Assembly (NCBI GenBank): GCA_964450605.1
Contig: CAYVEK010000002.1
Span: 14,384 to 78,383, forward strand
DNA from: an uncultured Candidatus Saccharibacteria bacterium
GTDB taxonomy: Bacteria > Patescibacteriota > Minisyncoccia > Phycocordibacterales > CAIZLB01
DNA length: 64,000 nucleotides
Direction of reading: 5' to 3'
Shown piece after piece: positions 50,089 through 60,547 of the stretch. The notes beneath the pieces were generated by a model, which searched no databases, was not told the DNA's origin, and saw only the letters and a list, made by a program, of their open reading frames with translations. The translations under genes were made by a program, and so were the position numbers. Position 1 is the stretch's first letter. Every line of letters begins with the position of its first letter.

Positions 50089-51113
50089 ACAAAAACTATT
50101 TTCCATTTATAGACATACTACGTTTTATCGCCGCCCTATCTGTTATGTTTTTTCATTATTTTGCAGTGGCTCTACAAGATAGCAAGAACATACTCGCTGT
50201 GTACATAAGCCATGGATACTTGGGTGTTGAATTATTTTTCATGATATCAGGTTTTGTGATCTTCTTTAGTTTGCATAAAGGTACTAAAGAGTATGCTATC
50301 GGAAGATTTGTACGTCTATATCCTCTGTTTTGGATATGTTGTACTCTAACCTATCTGGTAACCATATGGTTTAATGCAAACCCTCTGCCTTTTGCCGTGT
50401 ATTTGAAAAATCTACTTTTAGTAAATAACAACCAAACAGCCACACTTGTCGATGGTGTATATTGGACTCTTACTCAAGAGATTATTTTCTATACACTCAT
50501 AGGAGCTTTCGCATACATATGGGGTATGCGAAAAATAGAATGGTTTTTTGGTTTATGGATAGCATTTGCCTACGTTGTATTTGCATTTAATCTTGAACAT
50601 TTCTTTATTGCAAAAATAGCACTCGCTCGATACGCAGGATTCTTTAGTATTGGAGGGTTGACTGCTCTTATATATTCACAAAGACACAAGAGCTCTACAA
50701 AAACTCTATATATACGATCAGGACTTTTAGCATCAGCACTTGCGTTGCCTATATTTGTAAGCGAGAGGCTTAAAATCAATCCAACATCATCTACAAATCT
50801 ATTTGGTATCTTTGATAGCACAGGGTATGTAATACTCACAGTACTAACCGCACTATTCTTCAGTGCAATCATCTGGAATAGATCCATACGGTATACCAAA
50901 ATAGCACTAGTACTAGGAGCTATGACGTATCCGCTGTATCTTCTCCACTATAAGATTGGAGAAACTATCGTCAGTTTATTTGAGCCATTTGGACGCATCA
51001 GTTTGATATCTTTTTCAGTCGCAATAAGTATACTAATTCTGTCGTACATAATGAGTATTTTTGATAAAAAACTCCGATATATAATCATGCAAAAAATAAA
51101 GAAAGTATGGTAG
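50085..51113 (+). CDS. Acyltransferase-3 family membrane O-acyltransferase
   Basis: FIDILRFIAALSVMFFHY...YLGVELFFMISGFVI signature; 10 TM. Confidence 0.65.
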   Translation: MNKNYFPFIDILRFIAALSVMFFHYFAVALQDSKNILAVYISHGYLGVELFFMISGFVIFFSLHKGTKEYAIGRFVRLYPLFWICCTLTYLVTIWFNANPLPFAVYLKNLLLVNNNQTATLVDGVYWTLTQEIIFYTLIGAFAYIWGMRKIEWFFGLWIAFAYVVFAFNLEHFFIAKIALARYAGFFSIGGLTALIYSQRHKSSTKTLYIRSGLLASALALPIFVSERLKINPTSSTNLFGIFDSTGYVILTVLTALFFSAIIWNRSIRYTKIALVLGAMTYPLYLLHYKIGETIVSLFEPFGRISLISFSVAISILILSYIMSIFDKKLRYIIMQKIKKVW

Positions 51114-51130
51114 TATGATTTTAAAAATAC

Positions 51131-51925
51131 ATGTCACTCAGTTTTATCAAAAAAGCCATACTTTTCTTCCCTAAATATCTTCTCAAAGACCCTTATTTTG
51201 TGTTGCTATATATACTTGCCTATCCTCGAAGATACTATACAAATACTGCCCGTTTTTTTAGCGAAACAGAGTTTTTGGATGAGGTCAGAAAAGGTAAATC
51301 GATCATACGTATCGGTGATGGTGAGATAAGTTTATTGCACGGACGAAGTATACACTACCAAAGATACATAAAAGCGCTCGCCTCTGGTTTGCGAACAGCT
51401 ATCACAGATCACTCTCCCACCTGTCCATATGTATTAAGTATTCCAATATTTGTGAACTATACAAACAAGGAATTAAACAAAACTCGAGGCAAACTTTCTT
51501 GTTGGCTTCCTCTTAAGGTTGAGTTTCGTAGAATATTTAACAAACAAGCTGGCTATGCTGATGCACACTTCTTCTACTATAGAGATAAGATGATATCTTT
51601 TTTTAAAGAGTTTATTGAGCAAAAACCTGTTATTTTTATCTCAAATCCAGAAACAAACGCATCTATTAAAAATAGAATACATTATCCCGCACATTTTATC
51701 GATACACCTTCAGAGAATTCATTTGAATCTATTTCAGACATATATACACAGATAGACTCTATTATCAATCAAAACCCTAGAGATAAATATATCCTAGTTG
51801 TATCAACAGGGCCTACAAGCAAGATTATTGCTCATGACTATGCTCTTCGAGGGTATCAATCTTTTGATGTTGGGTTTGGTCTAAAATATATATACGATGA
51901 CAAGGATTATTCCTATCTTATTTAA
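51131..51925 (+). CDS. Hypothetical; possible GT-D fold (DUF1792-like) glycosyltransferase
   Basis: SIIRIGDGEISLLHG resembles the DUF1792 N-terminal R-F-G-D-G-E motif. This is a weak assignment. Confidence 0.35.
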   Translation: MSLSFIKKAILFFPKYLLKDPYFVLLYILAYPRRYYTNTARFFSETEFLDEVRKGKSIIRIGDGEISLLHGRSIHYQRYIKALASGLRTAITDHSPTCPYVLSIPIFVNYTNKELNKTRGKLSCWLPLKVEFRRIFNKQAGYADAHFFYYRDKMISFFKEFIEQKPVIFISNPETNASIKNRIHYPAHFIDTPSENSFESISDIYTQIDSIINQNPRDKYILVVSTGPTSKIIAHDYALRGYQSFDVGFGLKYIYDDKDYSYLI

Positions 51926-51943
51926 TGGTATAATCTAATCACA

Positions 51944-52744
51944 ATGCAGAAACTAAAAATAGCTCTAAAACGAGTACTTCCTGATTCATTATTTGCTTTA
52001 GTTCGAAAAGTGTATATAAAAACAATCGGGCGTTTTGTTGATAAGAAAAACAATACTCTTGTCGACGGTTATACAAAAACATATTTAGAAAAACATGGAT
52101 ACATTGTTTCCGACGGACCTTTTAAAGGATTACAGTACGTAAAAGAATCAGTAGGCTCTTCGTTTTTACACAAACTTGCAGGGTACTATGAAGCAGTTCT
52201 TATACCTTATGTTGAAGAGGTAAAACATTTACCAATACAACACATACTTGATATAGGTGCAGCTGAAGGCTACTATACAACAGGTTTTGGATCTATATTT
52301 CCTTACGCATCGATAACAGCTTTTGAAATGGAAGAAAAAGGACGTGCAAATATCAAAACACTTCATTCTATAAATCATCTTACAAACACTATCGAAATAC
52401 TCGGTGAAGCAACATCTGAAAATGTGTTCAAATACGTAAAACCGGGAACTCTTCTTATTTGCGACTGCGAAGGTGCTGAAAAAACCATATTCAACACACC
52501 CAGAGAAGAAGCTGGAAATATTATATACGGAATCATTGAATTACATGATGAGCTTGTGCCAGGTTGTAAAGAAGCAGTAATTAACTTTTTCTCCCCTACC
52601 CATACAGTAGAAGTTGTTCGGTTCGCTCATGCAGAGCCGAAAAACTTTGTCTTCTTTAAAAACATACCATCAAGTGATGTGTCTGTTCTACTGCGAGAAC
52701 GTGGTATACAAGATCAAGAGTGGGCTATTATTAGATTAAAATAG
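51944..52744 (+). CDS. FkbM-family methyltransferase
   Basis: ILDIGAAEGYYT...AFEMEEKG fits the FkbM AdoMet motif pattern. Confidence 0.6.
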   Translation: MQKLKIALKRVLPDSLFALVRKVYIKTIGRFVDKKNNTLVDGYTKTYLEKHGYIVSDGPFKGLQYVKESVGSSFLHKLAGYYEAVLIPYVEEVKHLPIQHILDIGAAEGYYTTGFGSIFPYASITAFEMEEKGRANIKTLHSINHLTNTIEILGEATSENVFKYVKPGTLLICDCEGAEKTIFNTPREEAGNIIYGIIELHDELVPGCKEAVINFFSPTHTVEVVRFAHAEPKNFVFFKNIPSSDVSVLLRERGIQDQEWAIIRLK

Positions 52745-52748
52745 TTTA

Positions 52749-53633
52749 TTACGAGCAAAATATATTCGTTTGATCTTTTTTAAGATCATTAAACCATTGA
52801 TACAATTCCTCCTTAGAAGAAAGTATCTTGTCAGGAGATTCACCTTCTAGGTCTCGTACGCTATATTTTTTATCGATCAAAAAATTAAGTATTCGCAAAC
52901 CATCATTTTCATTTTTCTTATTATAAAAAATAGGAGTAAATTCTAGTAATATCTTTGGCCTACATCTACTTATAAGTTCAGACAGACCTTCAAGAACGTC
53001 CGCCTCATATCCCTCAACGTCTATTTTCACAAAATCAACCCTGGGAACATCTTTGAGTACAACATCTCCGTTTTTGATAGTAACAGACATTTTTTCCATG
53101 TTCTCAGCATATGCAACCAAAGAAGATCCTCCTTTATTTATAGGATTTATATGCAAAGTAAGCTGTTCATCCTTGTTAGCGAGTCCAAAATTATACAGTT
53201 GTATATTTTGAATGTTACTTGCACGAATACTTTTATTAAACTGTTCGTATATGTTTATATTAGGCTCAAATGCATATACCCTACCAGTCAAACCTACCAG
53301 TTGCGAAGCAAAAAGAGCATGTTGACCTATATTTGCACCTATATCCACATACGCATCTCCTTTTTTCAATTGTGTTTTTAAAAAGAGAAGTATATCCTCT
53401 TCGTATACACCCTTCCAGTATATTTCATTGTCAATGAATCCGTTTTGGGCATTTAGTACGATTTGAAAAGAAACGTCTGCGTACTTGAAAGGATATTCCA
53501 TTTCACCTGTAAATCTTTTCAGCTTTAAACCTCTAACATATACATACCCGGGCAATAATATCTTTCGTACACATCTGTATACAAAAGAAAAATGTTTTTT
53601 AATGAATATTTTTATATTTAACATATCAAGCAT
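52749..53633 (-). CDS. FkbM-family methyltransferase
   Basis: YVDIGANIGQHALFAS...VYAFEPNINIY...LANKDEQLTLH is a classic FkbM signature. Confidence 0.75.
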   Translation of the reverse strand: MLDMLNIKIFIKKHFSFVYRCVRKILLPGYVYVRGLKLKRFTGEMEYPFKYADVSFQIVLNAQNGFIDNEIYWKGVYEEDILLFLKTQLKKGDAYVDIGANIGQHALFASQLVGLTGRVYAFEPNINIYEQFNKSIRASNIQNIQLYNFGLANKDEQLTLHINPINKGGSSLVAYAENMEKMSVTIKNGDVVLKDVPRVDFVKIDVEGYEADVLEGLSELISRCRPKILLEFTPIFYNKKNENDGLRILNFLIDKKYSVRDLEGESPDKILSSKEELYQWFNDLKKDQTNIFCS

Positions 53634-53645
53634 TTTGTAATAGTT

Positions 53646-54752
53646 TTATTTTGTTAAGACGTTATAAAATAATAGTCCCATATGTTCAAAAGAAAATTCT
53701 TTTTTAGTGAGCTCAACAGCTTTTTCAGACATTAATTTTAGATTTTCTGAAGTATGTATTTGTTTTAAGCAAGAAACAAGTTCATCGACATTACCTGTAG
53801 TATATGTATAACCATTTATACCCTGTCTAACATATGCCGCCGCCCCAGAAGTATCACTCACAATACAGGGCAAACCGGCAGTCATAGCTTCAAGAACTAC
53901 TATACCTATAGCATCATTGTAGCTAGATAGTATGAGTACATCATGTGAATTATACAACTCATTAAGAGCATCTCTACTCTGAGACTCGACATGTGAAATG
54001 TTAGCGGTTAAACCAGCGTCGTGTATATATTTAAAAATAGAATTCATATACTCAGTAGGTTGGCCAACAAAAGTTGCTTTAACCTGAACACCTTGTTTTT
54101 TTAGTTTTTGTACAGCCTGCACCACATCAATATGTTTTTTGTATGGAACAAAACGAGAAACCATAAGTATGCGAAGAACATTATCTTTGCGTAAGAATCT
54201 GTCTCCTGTATCAAAAAAACTAGTTCCTTCTATAGGCACAGGACAAACATCAACAGTTCGACCAAATAGTTTTTGTAGATATGTTTGACCTAGTTCACAA
54301 TATGCGATTATGTGGTCAATTTTTGATTTACAGATCTTATTAAGGTACACCATCGGGTAAAATGCCAATCTGGAAACAATACTCTGAGGAGTTATTTTTG
54401 TCTCACATTGTAAGATCAATTTTGTTTTTGGATGTTTTGCTTTATACCACAAAGCCTGGACAGTCCAGAGTCTGAAAAAGTCCATACACACGACTATATC
54501 AGGACGAATCTCTTCAAGTTTTCTGCACAAACCTTTTTGATAAAAAGGTAGAGACACTTGATTATGTAATACTTTACCTAAGAATGCACCAAGGCCAAAA
54601 AAACCATGTGCTAATTTATGATACGTAAAAGTACTTTTATCATTTTTAATATATGTAGAGTTCGAAACATGCACCTCAGCTCTATCCTGAGTATAATGCA
54701 CCAATGGAAGCGTTACACTATTTATTCCTATAAAAAATATCTTTTTGTTCAT
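53646..54752 (-). CDS. GT4-family glycosyltransferase
   Basis: VSRFVPYKKHIDVVQA...GIVVLEAMTAGLPCIVSD: GT-B fold with E-x7-E region. Confidence 0.75.
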   Translation of the reverse strand: MNKKIFFIGINSVTLPLVHYTQDRAEVHVSNSTYIKNDKSTFTYHKLAHGFFGLGAFLGKVLHNQVSLPFYQKGLCRKLEEIRPDIVVCMDFFRLWTVQALWYKAKHPKTKLILQCETKITPQSIVSRLAFYPMVYLNKICKSKIDHIIAYCELGQTYLQKLFGRTVDVCPVPIEGTSFFDTGDRFLRKDNVLRILMVSRFVPYKKHIDVVQAVQKLKKQGVQVKATFVGQPTEYMNSIFKYIHDAGLTANISHVESQSRDALNELYNSHDVLILSSYNDAIGIVVLEAMTAGLPCIVSDTSGAAAYVRQGINGYTYTTGNVDELVSCLKQIHTSENLKLMSEKAVELTKKEFSFEHMGLLFYNVLTK

Positions 54753-54762
54753 ATATATGATA

Positions 54763-55890
54763 TTACATTAATCTGTCCCATGATTGAGCGATACGTGTTA
54801 ATGAAAAATAGTCTGATCTTTCTTTTATATGATCTGAACTAAAAAATTGTTTTTCTTCCATTATCTGAATCAGATTTTGGGCCAGTGTTTGTTCATTAGC
54901 AAGATATCCATATACTGTTTTATATGGATACGTTGAAATATCTTTCTTATTGAATCCAAAAATCTCCCGTGGGCCAAAATCACAATCAATAGACACAACA
55001 GGTTTACCTAAAGACATAGCTTGAACTATCGATAAACCAAAAGACTCAGAATACGAAGAACAGACATATGCGTCCGCAAGAGCTATATAAGGAAAAACAT
55101 TTTTTCTCTCACCTAGTAGGTAGACGCTTTTATTGAGCTTTTGACTGTAAATCAGCTCTTCTAACACGCCCCTCTCCGAACCCTCACCGATTATAACGAG
55201 CTTTGAATCTGGTTTTTTTAACACAACATTGCTCCAAGAATCAATAAGCCGTTTATATCCTTTTATGGGAGCAAGTCGTCCAACACTTATGATCAGATTA
55301 GAACATGATGATCGAACCTGATTTTCAAATATACTATACAACTCATCTTTTTCTGATTCTGTATCAACCCGCTCTTTAAAGTTGTATATACATATCGCTT
55401 TTTCTTGAAACTTTTTAGGAAGTTTTTCTTGTATTTCAAGAGTAATCCCTTGAGAGACTCCGACATATGCATCCCATTTTACAAACCTAAACATGAAAGC
55501 AAGTAAAAAACGATTCACAAAACTTGTTGTCGATATTTGTTGATGTATCACAGCGAAGGCTTTAGGTCTCATATTTTTAGATATAGACATAAGCGCCAAT
55601 GATGTCGAAATAATCATATTATCAACCGAAACAACAAGATGGGTAGGTTTTTCTTTTTTTATATAAGATCGTATCTTATATGCCCGATTTAAAAACTTAT
55701 ATAGTTTTACGAAAATATTTAGACTTATCTTTTCTTCAAAACCCGTCACAGGAGCCTGTGTTTTTTCATATGCACACAGATATGAGACAATGCCACCTTT
55801 TGAAGCAAAATATCTACCGAGCCCTTTGCTCCATGTTTCTATGCCACCGAGGGTTGAATATGATGTTTGAATAAAGGTGATTTTTTTCAT
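54763..55890 (-). CDS. GT4-family glycosyltransferase
   Basis: VGRLAPIKGYKRLIDSW...ESFGLSIVQAMSLGKPVVSID. Confidence 0.75.
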   Translation of the reverse strand: MKKITFIQTSYSTLGGIETWSKGLGRYFASKGGIVSYLCAYEKTQAPVTGFEEKISLNIFVKLYKFLNRAYKIRSYIKKEKPTHLVVSVDNMIISTSLALMSISKNMRPKAFAVIHQQISTTSFVNRFLLAFMFRFVKWDAYVGVSQGITLEIQEKLPKKFQEKAICIYNFKERVDTESEKDELYSIFENQVRSSCSNLIISVGRLAPIKGYKRLIDSWSNVVLKKPDSKLVIIGEGSERGVLEELIYSQKLNKSVYLLGERKNVFPYIALADAYVCSSYSESFGLSIVQAMSLGKPVVSIDCDFGPREIFGFNKKDISTYPYKTVYGYLANEQTLAQNLIQIMEEKQFFSSDHIKERSDYFSLTRIAQSWDRLM

Positions 55891-55905
55891 ATAGTATGCA
55901 CGATA

Positions 55906-57669
55906 TTATTTCTTAGATAACAGATAATTACCTATTGCCAAATGAGGTAGACCACTTTCAACAAATGTTCGTATAGCATCTTTGGGAAATTCTACATTCG
56001 GTTCACCGTGCAAATTGAATGATGTATTCAAAACCCCTCCGATACCTGTTATTTTTTCAAATGCATCTATAAGGTTCCAGTATGATGCGTTCATTTCTTT
56101 TTTTACCATTTGTGGACGAGAAGTTAGATCATATGGATGCAGTGCTGCCGGGAGATCTGTATGAGCCAGAGGTTTTGTGTCAAAGGTAATACTCATATAT
56201 GGTGCAAAGAAGTTTTTTGGGTTAACTAGATAATCATCTCTCCTCTCCCACTTTATACTTGTAGCAAACGGCATCCAAAAATCTCTGTTCTTGATCATTT
56301 CATTTATAAGTTTTACGTTCTCACGAGAAGATGGGTTGGCCAATATAGATCTATTGCCTAGCGCTCGCGCACCCCATTCTGCACGCCCCTTAAATCTACC
56401 CACAACAGAATTACCAGCGAGAATTTCCGCAACCTGCTGTTCTATATTTTTTTGACCTTGCGGATCAAAATACTGAATCTCAATAGAAAGATTTTTAAAG
56501 TCATATGCATCAATAGCTTTTTTAATCTCATCATCTGAATATTCAGAACCTAAATATATATCTTGGATCGGCTTCAAATCATTTAGGCTATTTGTCAGAG
56601 AATAGCCATACACCGCAGCACCTATAGCCAAGGATTCATCTCCACAAGACGGAGTCGAAGTCAGAGAATAAACTTCGGGCATCTCTAGAAGCTTTTGATT
56701 TGCTTTTACATTCATAAACACACCTCCAGCTATAGCAACATCGTGGATTTTATATTTCTCTATCGAACTTTTCGCTATGGATTTAATAATTTCTTCTGTT
56801 AATTTCTGAATACCGTATGCCAGTGAGTCAAAACGATAGTGATAGTAGTTATATGCAACAAGATACCCAGGAGTATAGTTGAGAGGAAATGCAGATTTTA
56901 TATTCAAAGAGTTTTCATCCCACCAACATAATTCTTTAAATTTTTTATACACTTTTTCTCCACTTGAGACTTTCGCATATGGTGCAAGTCCCATAACTTT
57001 GAATTCATGTTCGTTTCTGCTCATACCTACAATATCCGTAACTCCAGAATACATGAGTCCGAGTGAATCACGAATCGCCATTTTATGTTTCATCTCTATA
57101 GTTTTTCCGTCAAATATATTTATAGAGCCCGAAGCATCATCGCCTGCCCCATCAAGTGTAAGAATAAGATGTTTTTTATTAACATCTGACATAAAAGGCA
57201 CGGTTGCCCAAGCATGAGCTAAATGATGGTGAAGAAAAACAACTTTGGTATCTTTAAATTGATCCTGCAAAAGTTTTGTAACTTTTTGAGCTGTACCCCA
57301 ACTCATCTTCCACATTAAAAATCTATCTCTCAAACCCAATATTTTTGCAATAAAAGGCCACCGTAATGTAATCGCTCGATAAAAGGCATTCATTTTTGGA
57401 ATACCTATTTTTCTATTTTTTTCATTATCTTCTGCAGTTGTTAGTATATAACTCTGATTATCTAATCGCTCACCTACCATAACAACGAGATCAAAAGATT
57501 CTATAGAATATTTTTCTTTTATGTATTGTATAGATTTATATGGAAACCCAACATATTTTTTATACCCAGAAAGTCTTTCTTCCGACATAGCTTCAACGAT
57601 GGCTCCATTTTTTATCAAAACAGCTGTAGCATCGTGCCCTCCGTGAATTCCCAATATATATCTGTTCAT
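55906..57669 (-). CDS. Carbamoyltransferase (NodU/CmcH family)
   Basis: MNRYILGIHGGHDATAVLIKNGAIVEAMSEERLSGYK; central and C-terminal carbamoyltransferase domains (HHHLAHA, NTSFNLHGEP). Confidence 0.75.
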   Translation of the reverse strand: MNRYILGIHGGHDATAVLIKNGAIVEAMSEERLSGYKKYVGFPYKSIQYIKEKYSIESFDLVVMVGERLDNQSYILTTAEDNEKNRKIGIPKMNAFYRAITLRWPFIAKILGLRDRFLMWKMSWGTAQKVTKLLQDQFKDTKVVFLHHHLAHAWATVPFMSDVNKKHLILTLDGAGDDASGSINIFDGKTIEMKHKMAIRDSLGLMYSGVTDIVGMSRNEHEFKVMGLAPYAKVSSGEKVYKKFKELCWWDENSLNIKSAFPLNYTPGYLVAYNYYHYRFDSLAYGIQKLTEEIIKSIAKSSIEKYKIHDVAIAGGVFMNVKANQKLLEMPEVYSLTSTPSCGDESLAIGAAVYGYSLTNSLNDLKPIQDIYLGSEYSDDEIKKAIDAYDFKNLSIEIQYFDPQGQKNIEQQVAEILAGNSVVGRFKGRAEWGARALGNRSILANPSSRENVKLINEMIKNRDFWMPFATSIKWERRDDYLVNPKNFFAPYMSITFDTKPLAHTDLPAALHPYDLTSRPQMVKKEMNASYWNLIDAFEKITGIGGVLNTSFNLHGEPNVEFPKDAIRTFVESGLPHLAIGNYLLSKK

Positions 57670-57745
57670 AGATATGGATTATATCATAATAATCGGTTTT
57701 TATACAGGTACTATAAGCTGATTTGTGGTATACTGTTCAAATTAA

Positions 57746-58777
57746 ATGAAAGAAAAAATAGGAGCCGTCAATCTGCTACGTTTCTTGGCAGCCATAGGAG
57801 TGCTTTTGTATCACTACATGTTCATGTTTTATCAACGGGGCTTATCCTACCTTGATTTTGGACCTTTACGTGGTATTGCTCAGTATGGATATTTAGGAGT
57901 AGACCTGTTCTTTATCATCAGTGGGTTTGTTATTGCACTCAGTGCAGAAAACAGAACATGGTTTGGTTTTCTAACCTCAAGAATGAGTCGTCTATACCCT
58001 ATTTTCTGGACCTGTGTGAGTATCACTGCGCTATATATTCTTTTTGGAGGATATTTAGTGTCTGAACATGTCACGTGGGGTAGATATTTTGCCGGACTGA
58101 CGATGACACCAGGTTTATTTGGACAAACTATATTAGAGGGATCATATTGGACTTTGGAAGTTGAACTAAAGTTTTATTTTATTATTTTTATAATTCTTGC
58201 TTTTAGAGGTTTTAAAAAAATAGAACATCTTTCATACATAGCAATAGTATCTATTATATTGATGATGAGCTTTACATCTATTCATATAGGATGGGCAGTA
58301 AATTTTCTTGCGGGAATACTCTTTTTCAAAATATATAAAGATGGTATAACAATACCCCGAATGATCGGAGTACTTACGTTACTGCCGATAAATATACACA
58401 CCGCTCTTGAATACAGCAGAAACTTAACAGAAAATTATAATACAGTATTTAAAGATTCTGTAGTCGGAACTTCCATTATTCTTTTTTATACAGCCTTTAT
58501 GCTCATAGCCACAAAAACGATATCTTTCAAAGACAATAAATGGCTGTCTCTTGCAGGGTTATTAACTTACCCTGTATATCTCCTGCATCAACAAATAGGT
58601 CATATACTTTTTAATGTATACAAAGACAGCGTGTCACAATACGCTTCACTTGTACTTGTAACAGGTTTTATACTAATACTTTCATATCTAGTTCACATTC
58701 TTGTTGAGGACAGTGGTAGAAAGATGATACAAAATACAATGCAAAAAATCGCAAAAGCTCTGAAACTAAACCCCTAA
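57746..58777 (+). CDS. Acyltransferase-3 family membrane O-acyltransferase
   Basis: VNLLRFLAAIGVLLYHY...YLGVDLFFIISGFVI; 10 TM. Confidence 0.65.
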   Translation: MKEKIGAVNLLRFLAAIGVLLYHYMFMFYQRGLSYLDFGPLRGIAQYGYLGVDLFFIISGFVIALSAENRTWFGFLTSRMSRLYPIFWTCVSITALYILFGGYLVSEHVTWGRYFAGLTMTPGLFGQTILEGSYWTLEVELKFYFIIFIILAFRGFKKIEHLSYIAIVSIILMMSFTSIHIGWAVNFLAGILFFKIYKDGITIPRMIGVLTLLPINIHTALEYSRNLTENYNTVFKDSVVGTSIILFYTAFMLIATKTISFKDNKWLSLAGLLTYPVYLLHQQIGHILFNVYKDSVSQYASLVLVTGFILILSYLVHILVEDSGRKMIQNTMQKIAKALKLNP

Positions 58778-60547
58778 TATATCTTTTAACGTATTCTCAT
58801 CAACTTCCTTCTTAAGTTCTTCGGCTGTTGGAGTTAGTGACACAGGTGCAGTACCCTGAACCGGAGGTGGTGTTTGTCTCGGAACATCTTTTTGCGCAGG
58901 ATAGTCTGTTGTAGCTTGAGCACTATTTTCTTTTCCAAGTTCAGCAAATGCTTTTTTAAACGGATTATGTACCCGCTCACTCTTCTTAGGTTCAGACGGT
59001 CTATTTGCTCGAGGTATTTCTGGAATAGGAGGCATTTTAACTTCTACGGTATCACCACCAACCTTAGTATCTACACGAGGCTTTTCTTCCTTGACATACC
59101 GAGGAGTGTCTGCCAATTTCGGTTTTTCAGTTTGCTTTTGTTGTTTGTTTTGATCTTGTTTTCCAGAGTTTCCTGCCCCTGCTCCGGTTCCAGCACTACT
59201 ACCACTATTGCCAAGTGTCCACTCAAGAATATGCTTCTCAACTTCTGCTCGTGGGCGTGAATATGTATTTCTAGAACTTTCTAGTATCTGTTGCACATAT
59301 TGTTCTTTTGATTCTGGCCAAGGGCCCAGGTTAACCGCAGAAAACGCACCTGAAGTCACGCCATCTATCATAAGTTTTAGATACATCTGATATCTTCCAA
59401 GATTTACAAAATCTTCTACTGTGAAAGTTGGCTGGAATTCTTTTTCGAGAGCCTCTCCATCTTCGGCTCCGACTCGAAAGGCGATCATGGTTCCCACGTT
59501 TCCAAATACAGCATCACGCACGACATCAGTCATTTGTTTTACATACTGATGAGCAACGATAAGGCCGAGTTTATATTTTCGAGACTGCGCAAGTATCTGT
59601 GCAAATGAATCATTGGTAAAGTTTTGAAACTCATCTACATACAAATAAAATGGTGGGAGTTGTTTTAACTCTCTATCAGTCTTATCAGCACGAGACATGG
59701 CGGCGAGATATATCTTAGTTACAAAAAGAGAACCAAGCAAGTTTACTGCATCTTCCCCAATACGTCCTATAGATAGGTTGAACAAAATAATCTTTTTCTC
59801 ATCCATGGCTCGACGCAGGTCAAAAGAAGAAAACTTTTGACCAATAATATTTCGTATCAAACTATTTGAAATAAACTGTCCTACCTTGTTTTGTATAGCA
59901 GGTACAGCTTCAGCTGCCATCTTTTCTGTATAGTTCGCAAACTCTTTTTCCCAATACATTTTTACGGTCGGCTCTTTGACTCGGGCTACTACATCATTTC
60001 TAAATTTCTTGTCAGACAGCATGCGGTTTACATCAAGTAAAGTCGCTTCTGGTATCTCAAGCAATGCTAGTAGTGTATAGTTTAGGATGTATTCCATACG
60101 AGCACTCCACTGATCTTGCCAGATCTTCTTAAATGTACTCATAAGACCTGAAACTATAAGCTGAGCCCGAACAGGGTTTAGTTCCGCATCTCCTGATGTA
60201 TCCTCCAGAACATTGAAGGCTATAGGATGCTCTAGGTCAAAAGGTGCAACGTATATAACATCTTTTATACGATGCTCTGGGACGTACTCCATAAGAAGAT
60301 CAACAGTTTTACCGTGTGGATCTAGAAATGCTAAACCTTCGCCATTTTGTATGTCCTGAATGGCCATATTTTCGAGCAAGGTCGACTTACCCATACCGGT
60401 TTTACCGATAACGTACATGTGTTTTAGACGGTCTTCCTGGTAGATACCAAACTTCTTCTGGCTATTACGAGAATCCGTGAATCCAAAATAGGTAACTCTA
60501 TTATCCATATATGGATATAGTACCATAATAGTATATAATATACACAT
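58766..60547 (-). CDS. VirD4/TraG/TraD-like (type IV coupling-protein family) P-loop ATPase, soluble, with low-complexity C-terminal tail; start may be internal (MDNRVTYFG at 60508)
   Basis: Walker A VIGKTGMGKST, Walker B FYLYVDEFQNF, coupling-protein motif SRKYKLGLIVAHQYVKQM. No N-terminal TM helices. Tail is GSSAGTGAGAGNSGKQDQNKQQKQ. Confidence 0.5.
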   Translation of the reverse strand: MCILYTIMVLYPYMDNRVTYFGFTDSRNSQKKFGIYQEDRLKHMYVIGKTGMGKSTLLENMAIQDIQNGEGLAFLDPHGKTVDLLMEYVPEHRIKDVIYVAPFDLEHPIAFNVLEDTSGDAELNPVRAQLIVSGLMSTFKKIWQDQWSARMEYILNYTLLALLEIPEATLLDVNRMLSDKKFRNDVVARVKEPTVKMYWEKEFANYTEKMAAEAVPAIQNKVGQFISNSLIRNIIGQKFSSFDLRRAMDEKKIILFNLSIGRIGEDAVNLLGSLFVTKIYLAAMSRADKTDRELKQLPPFYLYVDEFQNFTNDSFAQILAQSRKYKLGLIVAHQYVKQMTDVVRDAVFGNVGTMIAFRVGAEDGEALEKEFQPTFTVEDFVNLGRYQMYLKLMIDGVTSGAFSAVNLGPWPESKEQYVQQILESSRNTYSRPRAEVEKHILEWTLGNSGSSAGTGAGAGNSGKQDQNKQQKQTEKPKLADTPRYVKEEKPRVDTKVGGDTVEVKMPPIPEIPRANRPSEPKKSERVHNPFKKAFAELGKENSAQATTDYPAQKDVPRQTPPPVQGTAPVSLTPTAEELKKEVDENTLKDILGV

